Positions 53,201 to 64,000 of a DNA stretch of 64,000 nt are shown one piece after another (positions within the stretch are counted from its first letter, which is position 1; every line of letters begins with the position of its first letter). The stretch is from the human T2T-CHM13v2.0 reference genome, Homo sapiens, in assembly GCF_009914755.1 (NCBI RefSeq), contig NC_060925.1; one strand, written 5' to 3'. The notes beneath the pieces were generated by a model. It was not told the DNA's origin. It saw only the letters and a list, made by a program, of their open reading frames with translations, and ran no database searches. Made by a program: the position numbers and the translations under genes.

Positions 53201-54058
53201 TCATTCTCAGAAACTGCTGCGTGATGTGTGCGTTCAACTCTCAGAGTTTAACTTTTCTTTTCATTCAGCGGTTTGGAAACACTCTGTTTGTAAAGTCTGC
53301 ACGTGGATATTTTGACCACTTAGAGGCCTTCGTTGGAAACGGGTTTTTTTCATGTAAGGCTAGACAGAAGAATTCCCAGTAACTTCCTTGTGTTGTGTGC
53401 ATTCAACTCACAGAGTTGAACGTTCCCTTAGACAGAGCAGATTTGAAACACTCTATTTGTGCAATTTGCAAGTGTAGATTTCAAGCGCTTTAAGGTCAAC
53501 GGCAGAAAAGGAAATATCTTCGTTTCAAAACTAGACAGAATCATTCCCACAAACTGCGTTGTGATGTGTTCGTTCAACTCACAGAGTTTAACCTTTCTGT
53601 TCATAGAGCAGTTAGGAAACACTCTGTTTGTAAAGTCTGTAAGTGGATATTCTGATATCTTGTGGCCTTCGTTGGAAACGGGATTTCTTCATATTCTGCT
53701 AGACAGAAGAATTCTCAGTAACTTCCTTGTGTTGTGTGTATTCAACTCACAGAGTTGAACGATCCTTTACACAGAGCAGACTTGAAACACTCTTTTTGTG
53801 GAATTTGCAAGTGGAGATTTCAGCCGCTTTGAGGTCAATGGTAGAAAAGGAAACTATCTTCATATAAAGACTAGACAGAATGATTCTCAGAAAATCTTTT
53901 GTGATGTGTGCGTTCAACTCACAGAGTTTAACTTTTCTTCTCATAGAGCAGTTAGGAAACACTCTGTTTGTAAAGTCTGCAAGTGGATATTCAGACCTCT
54001 TTGAGGCCTTCGTTGGAAACGGGATTTCTTCATATTATGCTAGACAGAATAATTCTCA
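45218..54058 (+). repeat. Tandem re-copy of the unit starting at 36378 (offset 8840, then 8500 after loss of one dimer)
   Basis: GTAGTCAAC in the A dimers at 36719 and 45559; the GTGAAG+GCATGTGG D dimer at 39779 and 48619; the TCCGACC G' dimer at 41138 and 49638; the CTGATATC F dimer at 44879 and 53379. Confidence 0.88.
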
Positions 54059-56097
54059 GTAACTTCCTTGTGTTGTGTGTATTCAACTCACAGAGTTGAA
54101 GGATCCTTTACAGACAGCAGGTTTGAAACACTCTTTTTGTCGAATTTGCAAGTGGAGATTTCAGCCGCTTTGAGGTCAATGGTAGAATAGGAAATATCTT
54201 CTTATAGAAACTAGACAGAATGATTCTCAGAAACTCCTTTGTGATGTGTGCGTTCAACTCACAGAGTTTAACCTTTCTTTTCATAGAGCAGTTAGGAAAC
54301 ACTCTGTTTGTAAAGTCTGCAAGTGGATATTCAGACCTCCTTGAGGCCTTCGTTGGAAACGGGATTTCTTCATATTCTGCTAGACAGAAGAATTCTCAGT
54401 AACTTCCTTGTGTTGTGTTTATTCAACTCACAGAGTTGAATGATCCTTTACACAGAGCAGACTTGAAACACTCTTTTTGTGGAATTTGCAAGTGGAGATT
54501 TCAGCCGCTTTGAGGTCAATGGTAGAAAAGTAAATATCTTCGTATAAAGACTAGACAGAATGATTCTCAGAAACTCCTTTGTGATGTGTGCGTTCAACTC
54601 ACAGAGTTTAACTTTTCTTTTCAAAGAGCAGTTAGGAAACACTCTCTTTGTAAAGTCTGCAAGTGGATATTCAGACCTCTTTGAGGCCTTCGTTGGAAAC
54701 GGGATTTCTTCATATTCTGCTAGACAGAAGAATTCTCAGTAACTTCCTTGTGTTGTGTGTATTCAACTCACAGAGTTGAACGATCCTTTACACAGAGCAG
54801 ACTTGAAACATTCTTTTTGTGGAATTTGCAAGTGGAGATTTCAGCCGCTTTGAGGTCAATGGTAGAATAGGAAATATCTTCCTATAGAAACTAGACAGAA
54901 CGATTCTCAGAAACTCCGTTGTGATGTGTGCGTTCAACTCACAGAGTTTAACCTTTCTTTTCATAGAGCAGTTAGGAAACACTCTGTTTGTAAAGTCTGC
55001 AAGTGGATATTCAGACCTCTTTGAGGCCTTCGTTGGAAACGGGATTTCTTCCTATTCTGCTAGACAGAAGAATTCTCAGTAACTTCCTTGTGTTGTGTGT
55101 ATTCAACTCACAGAGTTGAACGATCCTTTACACAGAGCAGACTTGAAACACTCTTTTTGTGGAATTTGCAAGTGGAGATTTCAGCCGCTTTGAGGTCAAT
55201 AGTAGAAAAGGAAATATCTTCGTAGAAAAACTAGACAGAATGATTCTCAGAAACTCCTTTGTGATGTGTGTGTTCAACTCACAGAGTTTAACCTTTCTTT
55301 TCATAGAGCAGTTAGTAAACACTCTGTTTATAAAGTCTGCAAGTGGATATTCAGACCCCTTTGAGGCCTTCGTTGGAAACGGGATTTCTTCATATTATGC
55401 TAGACAGAAGAATTCTCAGTAACTTCCTTGTGTTGTGTGTATTCAACTGACAGAGTTGAACTTTCATTTAGAGAGAGCAGATTTGAAACACTGTTTTTGT
55501 GGAATTTGCAAGTGGAGATTTCAAGCGCTTTGGGGCCAAAGGCAGAAAAGGAAATATCTTCGTATAAAAACTAGACAGAATCATTCTCAGAAACTGCTGC
55601 GTGATGTGTGCGTTCAACTCTCAGAGTTTAACTTTTCTTTTCATTCAGCGGTTTGGAAACACTCTGTTTGTAAAGTCTGCACGTGGATATTTTGACCACT
55701 TAGAGGCCTTCGTTGGAAACGGGTTTTTTTCATGTAAGGCTAGACAGAAGAATTCCCAGTAACTTCCTTGTGTTGTGTGCATTCAACTCACAGAGTTGAA
55801 CGTTCCCTTAGACAGAGCAGATTTGAAACACTCTATTTGTGCAATTTGCAAGTGTAGATTTCAAGCGCTTTAAGGTCAACGGCAGAAAAGGAAATATCTT
55901 CGTTTCAAAACTAGACAGAATCATTCCCACAAACTGCGTTGTGATGTGTTCGTTCAACTCACAGAGTTTAACCTTTCTGTTCATAGAGCAGTTAGGAAAC
56001 ACTCTGTTTGTAAAGTCTGTAAGTGGATATTCTGACATCTTGTGGCCTTCGTTGGAAACGGGATTTCTTCATATTCTGCTAGACAGAAGAATTCTCA

Positions 56098-58817
56098 GTA
56101 ACTTCCTTGTGTTGTGTGTATTCAACTCACAGAGTTGAACGATCCTTTACACAGAGCAGACTTGAAACACTCTTTTTGTGGAATTTGCAAGTGGAGATTT
56201 CAGCCGCTTTGAGGTCAATGGTAGAAAAGGAAATATCTTCGTATAAAGACTAGACAGAATGATTCTCAGAAACTCCTTTGTGATGTGTGCGTTCAACTCA
56301 CAGAGTTTAACTTTTCTTTTCAAAGAGCAGTTAGGAAACACTCTCTTTGTAAAGTCTGCAAGTGGATATTCAGACCTCTTTGAGGCCTTCGTTGGAAACG
56401 GGATTTCTTCATATTCTGCTAGACAGAAGAATTCTCAGTAACTTCCTTGTGTTGTGTGTATTCAACTCACAGAGTTGAACGATCCTTTACACAGAGCAGA
56501 CTTGAAACATTCTTTTTGTGGAATTTGCAAGTGGAGATTTCAGCCGCTTTGAGGTCAATCGTAGAATAGGAAATATCTTCCTATATAAACTAGACAGAAC
56601 GATTCTCAGAAACTCCGTTGTGATGTGTGCGTTCAACTCACAGAGTTTAACCTTTCTTTTCATAGAGCAGTTAGGAAACACTCTGTTTGTAAAGTCTGTA
56701 AGTGGATATTCAGACCTCTTTGAGGCCTTCGTTGGAAACGGGATTTCTTCCTATTCTGCTAGACAGAAGAATTCTCAGTAACTTCCTTGTGTTGTGTGTA
56801 TTCAACTCACAGAGTTGAACGATCCTTTACACAGAGCAGACTTGAAACACTCTTTTTGTGGAATTTGCAAGTGGAGATTTCAGCCGCTTTGAGGTCAATG
56901 GTAGAAAAGGAAACTATCTTCATATAAAGACTAGACAGAATGATTCTCAGAAAATCTTTTGTGATGTGTGCGTTCAACTCACAGAGTTTAACTTTTCTTC
57001 TCATAGAGCAGTTAGGAAACACTCTGTTTGTAAAGTCTGCAAGTGGATATTCAGACCTCTTTGAGGCTTTCGTTGGAAACGGGATTTCTTCCTATTCTGC
57101 TAGACAGAAGAATTCTCAGTAACTTCCTTGTGTTGTGTGTATTCAACTCACAGAGTTGAAGGATCCTTTACAGAGAGCAGGCTTGAAACACTCTTTTTGT
57201 CGAATTTGCAAGTGGAGATTTCAGCCGCTTTGAGGTCAATGGTAGAATAGGAAATATCTTCTTATAGAAACTAGACAAAATGATTCTCATGAACTCCTTT
57301 GTGATGTGTGCGTTCAACTCACAGAGTTTAACCTTTCTTTTCATAGAGCAGTTAGGAAACACTCTGTTTGTAAAGTCTGCAAGTGGATATTCAGACCTCC
57401 TTGAGGCCTTCGTTGGAAACGGGATTTCTTCATATTCTGCTAGACAGAAGAATTCTCATTAACTTCCTTGTGTTGTGTTTATTCAACTCACAGAGTTGAA
57501 TGATCCTTTACACAGAGCAGACTTGAAACACTCTTTTTGTGGAATTTGCAAGTGGAGATTTCAGCCGCTTTGAGGTCAATGGTAGAAAAGTAAATATCTT
57601 CGTATAAAGACTAGACAGAATGATTCTCAGAAACTCCTTTGTGATGTGTGCGTTCAACTCACAGAGTTTAACCTTTCTGTTCATAGAGCAGTTAGGAAAC
57701 ACTCTGTTTGTAAAGTCTGCAAGTGGATATTCAGACCTCCTTGAGGCCTTCGTTGGAAACGGGATTTCTTCATATTCTGCTAGACAGAAGAATTCTCAGT
57801 AACTTCCTTGTGTTGTGTGTATTCAACTCACAGAGTTGAACGATCCTTTACACAGAGCAGACTTGAAACACTCTTTTTGTGGAATTTGCAAGTGGAGATT
57901 TCAGCCGCTTTGAGGTCAATAGTAGAAAAGGAAATATCTTCGTAGAAAAACTAGACAGAATGATTCTCAGAAACTCCTTTGTGATGTGTGCGTTCAACTC
58001 ACAGAGTTTAACCTTTCTTTTCATAGAGCAGTTAGTAAACACTCTGTTTATAAAGTCTGCAAGTGGATATTCAGACCCCTTTGAGGCCTTCGTTGGAAAC
58101 GGGATTTCTTCATATTATGCTAGACAGAAGAATTCTCAGTAACTTCCTTGTGTTGTGTGTATTCAACTGACAGAGTTGAACTTTCATTTAGAGAGAGCAG
58201 ATTTGAAACACTGTTTTTGTGGAATTTGCAAGTGGAGATTTCAAGCGCTTTGGGGCCAAAGGCAGAAAAGGAAATATCTTCGTATAAAAACTAGACAGAA
58301 TCATTCTCAGAAACTGCTGCGTGATGTGTGCGTTCAACTCTCAGAGTTTAACTTTTCTTTTCATTCAGCGGTTTGGAAACACTCTGTTTGTAAAGTCTGC
58401 ACGTGGATATTTTGACCACTTAGAGGCCTTCGTTGGAAACGGGTTTTTTTCATGTAAGGCTAGACAGAAGAATTCCCAGTAACTTCCTTGTGTTGTGTGC
58501 ATTCAACTCACAGAGTTGAACGTTCCCTTAGACAGAGCAGATTTGAAACACTCTATTTGTGCAATTTGCAAGTGTAGATTTCAAGCGCTTTAAGGTCAAC
58601 GGCAGAAAAGGAAATATCTTCGTTTCAAAACTAGACAGAATCATTCCCACAAACTGCGTTGTGATGTGTTCGTTCAACTCACAGAGTTTAACCTTTCTGT
58701 TCATAGAGCAGTTAGGAAACACTCTGTTTGTAAAGTCTGTAAGTGGATATTCTGACATCTTGTGGCCTTCGTTGGAAACGGGATTTCTTCATATTCTGCT
58801 AGACAGAAGAATTCTCA
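56098..58817 (+). repeat. 16-mer HOR variant H-I-G-A-B-D-E-F (2720 bp)
   Basis: F dimers at 55759 and 58479 are 2720 bp apart. H = TTCAAAGAG/CTCTCTTTG; I = AAACATTCT/CCTATA/CAGAACGATTC/CTCCGTTG. Confidence 0.88.
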
Positions 58818-61800
58818 GTAACTTCCTTGTGTTGTGTGTATTCAACTCACAGAGTTGAACGATCCTTTACACAGAGCAGACTTGAAACACTCTTTTTGTG
58901 GAATTTGCAAGTGGAGATTTCAGCCGCTTTGAGGTCAATGGTAGAAAAGGAAATATCTTCGTATAAAGACTAGACAGAATGATTCTCAGAAACTCCTTTG
59001 TGATGTGTGCGTTCAACTCACAGAGTTTAACTTTTCTTTTCAAAGAGCAGTTAGGAAACACTCTCTTTGTAAAGTCTGCAAGTGGATATTCAGACCTCTT
59101 TGAGGCCTTCGTTGGAAACGGGATTTCTTCATATTCTGCTAGACAGAAGAATTCTCAGTAACTTCCTTGTGTTGTGTGTATTCAACTCACAGAGTTGAAC
59201 GATCCTTTACACAGAGCAGACTTGAAACATTCTTTTTGTGGAATTTGCAAGTGGAGATTTCAGCCGCTTTGAGGTCAATCGTAGAATAGGAAATATCTTC
59301 CTATATAAACTAGACAGAACGATTCTCAGAAACTCCGTTGTGATGTGTGCGTTCAACTCACAGAGTTTAACCTTTCTTTTCATAGAGCAGTTAGGAAACA
59401 CTCTGTTTGTAAAGTCTGTAAGTGGATATTCAGACCTCTTTGAGGCCTTCGTTGGAAACGGGATTTCTTCCTATTCTGCTAGACAGAAGAATTCTCAGTA
59501 ACTTCCTTGTGTTGTGTGTATTCAACTCACAGAGTTGAACGATCCTTTACACAGAGCAGACTTGAAACACTCTTTTTGTGGAATTTGCAAGTGGAGATTT
59601 CAGCCGCTTTGAGGTCAATGGTAGAAAAGGAAACTATCTTCATATAAAGACTAGACAGAATGATTCTCAGAAAATCTTTTGTGATGTGTGCGTTCAACTC
59701 ACAGAGTTTAACTTTTCTTCTCATAGAGCAGTTAGGAAACACTCTGTTTGTAAAGTCTGCAAGTGTATATTCAGACCTCTTTGAGGCCTTCGTTGGAAAC
59801 GGGATTTCTTCATATTATGCTAGACAGAATAATTCTCAGTAACTTCCTTGTGTTGTGTGTATTCAACTCACAGAGTTGAAGGATCCTTTACAGAGAGCAG
59901 GCTTGAAACACTCTTTTTGTCGAATTTGCAAGTGGAGATTTCAGCCGCTTTGAGGTCAATGGTAGAATAGGAAATATCTTCGTAGAAAAACTAGACAGAA
60001 TGATTCTCAGAAACTCCTTTGTGATGTGTGCGTTCAACTCACAGAGTTTAACCTTTCTTTTCATAGAGCAGTTAGTAAACACTCTGTTTATAAAGTCTGC
60101 AAGTGGATATTCAGACCCCTTTGAGGCCTTCGTTGGAAACGGGATTTCTTCATATTATGCTAGACAGAAGAATTCTCAGTAACTTCCTTGTGTTGTGTGT
60201 ATTCAACTGACAGAGTTGAACTTTCATTTAGAGAGAGCAGATTTGAAACACTGTTTTTGTGGAATTTGCAAGTGGAGATTTCAAGCGCTTTGGGGCCAAA
60301 GGCAGAAAAGGAAATATCTTCGTATAAAAACTAGACAGAATCATTCTCAGAAACTGCTGCGTGATGTGTGCGTTCAACTCTCAGAGTTTAACTTTTCTTT
60401 TCATTCAGCGGTTTGGAAACACTCTGTTTGTAAAGTCTGCACGTGGATATTTTGACCACTTAGAGGCCTTCGTTGGAAACGGGTTTTTTTCATGTAAGGC
60501 TAGACAGAAGAATTCCCAGTAACTTCCTTGTGTTGTGTGCATTCAACTCACAGAGTTGAACGTTCCCTTAGACAGAGCAGATTTGAAACACTCTATTTGT
60601 GCAATTTGCAAGTGTAGATTTCAAGCGCTTTAAGGTCAACGGCAGAAAAGGAAATATCTTCGTTTCAAAACTAGACAGAATCATTCCCACAAACTGCGTT
60701 GTGATGTGTTCGTTCAACTCACAGAGTTTAACCTTTCTGTTCATAGAGCAGTTAGGAAACACTCTGTTTGTAAAGTCTGTAAGTGGATATTCTGATATCT
60801 TGTGGCCTTCGTTGGAAACGGGATTTCTTCATATTCTGCTAGACAGAAGAATTCTCAGTAACTTCCTTGTGTTGTGTGTATTCAACTCACAGAGTTGAAC
60901 GATCCTTTACACAGAGCAGACTTGAAACACTCTTTTTGTGGAATTTGCAAGTGGAGATTTCAGCCGCTTTGAGGTCAATGGTAGAAAAGGAAACTATCTT
61001 CATATAAAGACTAGACAGAATGATTCTCAGAAAATCTTTTGTGATGTGTGCGTTCAACTCACAGAGTTTAACTTTTCTTCTCATAGAGCAGTTAGGAAAC
61101 ACTCTGTTTGTAAAGTCTGCAAGTGGATATTCAGACCTCTTTGAGGCCTTCGTTGGAAACGGGATTTCTTCATATTATGCTAGACAGAATAATTCTCAGT
61201 AACTTCCTTGTGTTGTGTGTATTCAACTCACAGAGTTGAAGGATCCTTTACAGACAGCAGGTTTGAAACACTCTTTTTGTCGAATTTGCAAGTGGAGATT
61301 TCAGCCGCTTTGAGGTCAATGGTAGAATAGGAAATATCTTCTTATAGAAACTAGACAGAATGATTCTCATAAACTCCTTTGTGATGTGTGCGTTCAACTC
61401 ACAGAGTTTAACCTTTCTTTTCATAGAGCAGTTAGGAAACACTCTGTTTGTAAAGTCTGCAAGTGGATATTCAGACCTCCTTGAGGCCTTCGTTGGAAAC
61501 GGGATTTCTTCATATTCTGCTAGACAGAAGAATTCTCAGTAACTTCCTTGTGTTGTGTTTATTCAACTCACAGAGTTGAATGATCCTTTACACAGAGCAG
61601 ACTTGAAACACTCTTTTTGTGGAATTTGCAAGTGGAGATTTCAGCCGCTTTGAGGTCAATGGTAGAAAAGGAAATATCTTCGTATAAAGACTAGACAGAA
61701 TGATTCTCAGAAACTCCTTTGTGATGTGTGCGTTCAACTCACAGAGTTTAACCTTTCTTTTCAAAGAGCAGTTAGGAAACACTCTCTTTGTAAAGTCTGC

Positions 61801-62558
61801 AAGTGGATATTCAGACCTCCTTGAGGCCTTCGTTGGAAACGGGATTTCTTCATATTCTGCTAGACAGAAGAATTCTCAGTAACTTCCTTGTGTTGTGTGT
61901 ATTCAACTCACAGAGTTGAACGATCCTTTACACAGAGCAGACTTGAAACACTGTTTTTGTGGAATTTGCAAGTGGAGATTTCAGCCGCTTTGAGGTCAAT
62001 AGTAGAAAAGGAAATATCTTCGTAGAAAAACTAGACAGAATGATTCTCAGAAACTCCTTTGTGATGTGTGCGTTCAACTCACAGAGTTTAACCTTTCTTT
62101 TCATAGAGCAGTTAGTAAACACTCTGTTTATAAAGTCTGCAAGTGGATATTCAGACCCCTTTGAGGCCTTCGTTGGAAACGGGATTTCTTCATATTATGC
62201 TAGACAGAAGAATTCTCAGTAACTTCCTTGTGTTGTGTGTATTCAACTGACAGAGTTGAACTTTCATTTAGAGAGAGCAGATTTGAAACACTGTTTTTGT
62301 GGAATTTGCAAGTGGAGATTTCAAGCGCTTTGGGGCCAAAGGCAGAAAAGGAAATATCTTCGTATAAAAACTAGACAGAATCATTCTCAGAAACTGCTGC
62401 GTGATGTGTGCGTTCAACTCTCAGAGTTTAACTTTTCTTTTCATTCAGCGGTTTGGAAACACTCTGTTTGTAAAGTCTGCACGTGGATATTTTGACCACT
62501 TAGAGGCCTTCGTTGGAAACGGGTTTTTTTCATGTAAGGCTAGACAGAAGAATTCCCA

Positions 62559-63918
62559 GTAACTTCCTTGTGTTGTGTGCATTCAACTCACAGAGTTGAA
62601 CGTTCCCTTAGACAGAGCAGATTTGAAACACTCTATTTGTGCAATTTGCAAGTGTAGATTTCAAGCGCTTTAAGGTCAACGGCAGAAAAGGAAATATCTT
62701 CGTTTCAAAACTAGACAGAATCATTCCCACAAACTGCGTTGTGATGTGTTCGTTCAACTCACAGAGTTTAACCTTTCTGTTCATAGAGCAGTTAGGAAAC
62801 ACTCTGTTTGTAAAGTCTGTAAGTGGATATTCTGACATCTTGTGGCCTTCGTTGGAAACGGGATTTCTTCATATTCTGCTAGACAGAAGAATTCTCAGTA
62901 ACTTCCTTGTGTTGTGTGTATTCAACTCACAGAGTTGAACGATCCTTTACACAGAGCAGACTTGAAACACTCTTTTTGTCGAATTTGCAAGTGGAGATTT
63001 CAGCCGCTTTGAGGTCAATGGTAGAAAAGGAAACTATCTTCATATAAAGACTAGACAGAATGATTCTCAGAAAATCTTTTGTGATGTGTGCGTTCAACTC
63101 ACAGAGTTTAACTTTTCTTCTCATAGAGCAGTTAGGAAACACTCTGTTTGTAAAGTCTGCAAGTGTATATTCAGACCTCTTTGAGGCCTTCGTTGGAAAC
63201 GGGATTTCGTCATATTATGCTAGACAGAATAATTCTCAGTAACTTCCTTGTGTTGTGTGTATTCAACTCACAGAGTTGAAGGATCCTTTACAGAGAGCAG
63301 GCTTGAAATACTCTTTTTGTCGAATTTGCAAGTGGAGATTTCAGCCGCTTTGAGGTCAATAGTAGAAAAGGAAATATCTTCGTAGAAAAACTAGACAGAA
63401 TGATTCTCAGAAACTCCTTTGTGATGTGTGTGTTCAACTCACAGAGTTTAACCTTTCTTTTCATAGAGCAGTTAGTAAACACTCTGTTTATAAAGTCTGC
63501 AAGTGGATATTCAGACCCCTTTGAGGCCTTCGTTGGAAACGGGATTTCTTCATATTCTGCTAGACAGAAGAATTCTCAGTAACTTCCTTGTGTTGTGTGT
63601 ATTCAACTGACAGAGTTGAACTTTCATTTGGAGAGAGCAGATTTGAAACACTGTTTTTGTGGAATTTGCAAGTGGAGATTTCAAGCGCTTTGGGGCCAAA
63701 GGCAGAAAAGGAAATATCTTCGTATAAAAACTAGACAGAATCATTCTCAGAAACTGCTGCGTGATGTGTGCGTTCAACTCTCAGAGTTTAACTTTTCTTT
63801 TCATTCAGCGGTTTGGAAACACTCTGTTTGTAAAGTCTGCACGTGGATATTTTGACCACTTAGAGGCCTTCGTTGGAAACGGGTTTTTTTCATGTAAGGC
63901 TAGACAGAAGAATTCCCA
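62559..63918 (+). repeat. 8-mer HOR variant F-G-(A/D hybrid)-E (1360 bp)
   Basis: F dimers at 62559 and 63919 are 1360 bp apart. The dimer at 63239 has A markers 5' and D markers 3'. Confidence 0.88.
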
Positions 63919-64000
63919 GTAACTTCCTTGTGTTGTGTGCATTCAACTCACAGAGTTGAACGTTCCCTTAGACAGAGCAGATTTGAAACACTCTATTTGT

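Larger units (their letters stand above)
1..64000. repeat. Centromeric alpha satellite array, suprachromosomal family 1 (J1/J2 dimeric); most likely the live chr1/5/19 HOR array (D1Z7/D5Z2/D19Z3)
   Basis: Strict ~340-bp periodicity (dimer starts at 1, 341, 681, 1021 ... 63919), each made of two related ~171-bp monomers. Alphoid motifs TTCAACTCACAGAGTT, TTGAAACACTCTTTTTGT and CTAGACAGAAGAATTCTCAG are present, with EcoRI GAATTC once per dimer (332-337) and a CENP-B box in every second monomer. The alpha satellite call is certain; the 1/5/19 family assignment is by recognition, not by search. Confidence 0.98.

Noticed and set aside
50-63855. Hundreds of 60-99 aa ORFs on both strands (e.g. MFPNCSMKRK..., MILRNSFVMC...)
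   Set aside because: They recur at the satellite period, overlap in opposite frames, often begin at non-ATG codons, are freely broken by indels and have no recognisable domain. They are translations of alpha satellite, useful only as SNP barcodes.
1-64000. CRISPR-like or diversity-cassette interpretation of the regular repeats
   Set aside because: There are no unique spacers, no cas/recombinase/reverse-transcriptase genes, and the entire 340-bp unit is repeated.
1-64000. Embedded L1/Alu insertion, inversion or non-satellite island
   Set aside because: The dimer lattice is continuous to within a few bp across the window, all CENP-B boxes are on the same strand, and no poly-A tail or target-site duplication was seen.

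Overview
The whole 64-kb window is uninterrupted, single-orientation primate (human-type) centromeric alpha satellite: about 188 head-to-tail ~340-bp dimers (about 376 monomers of ~171 bp). Each dimer carries one canonical CENP-B box, which is the suprachromosomal family 1 (J1/J2) organisation. The sequence best matches the active array shared by chromosomes 1/5/19 (D1Z7/D5Z2/D19Z3); the chromosome cannot be proven from sequence alone. I see no genes, RNA genes, transposons, CRISPR arrays or inversions, and all listed ORFs are by-products of the repeat. I found no new protein-coding system. The interest lies in the repeat grammar. Diagnostic SNPs define dimer types (my labels A-I). The dominant higher-order repeat (HOR) is a 2040-bp 12-mer G-A-B-D-E-F, with 8-, 14-, 16- and 18-mer variants. 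Above that sit nested recent duplications: a ~20-kb segment copied at offsets of 24.8 and 26.9 kb, an 8.84-kb super-unit in ~3 copies, and local 2.0- and 2.7-kb duplications. There are also hybrid dimers with mappable breakpoints, probable gene-conversion patches, mutation clusters and a haplotype switch near 54 kb. All comparisons were made by eye with help from the ORF track, not by computed alignment.
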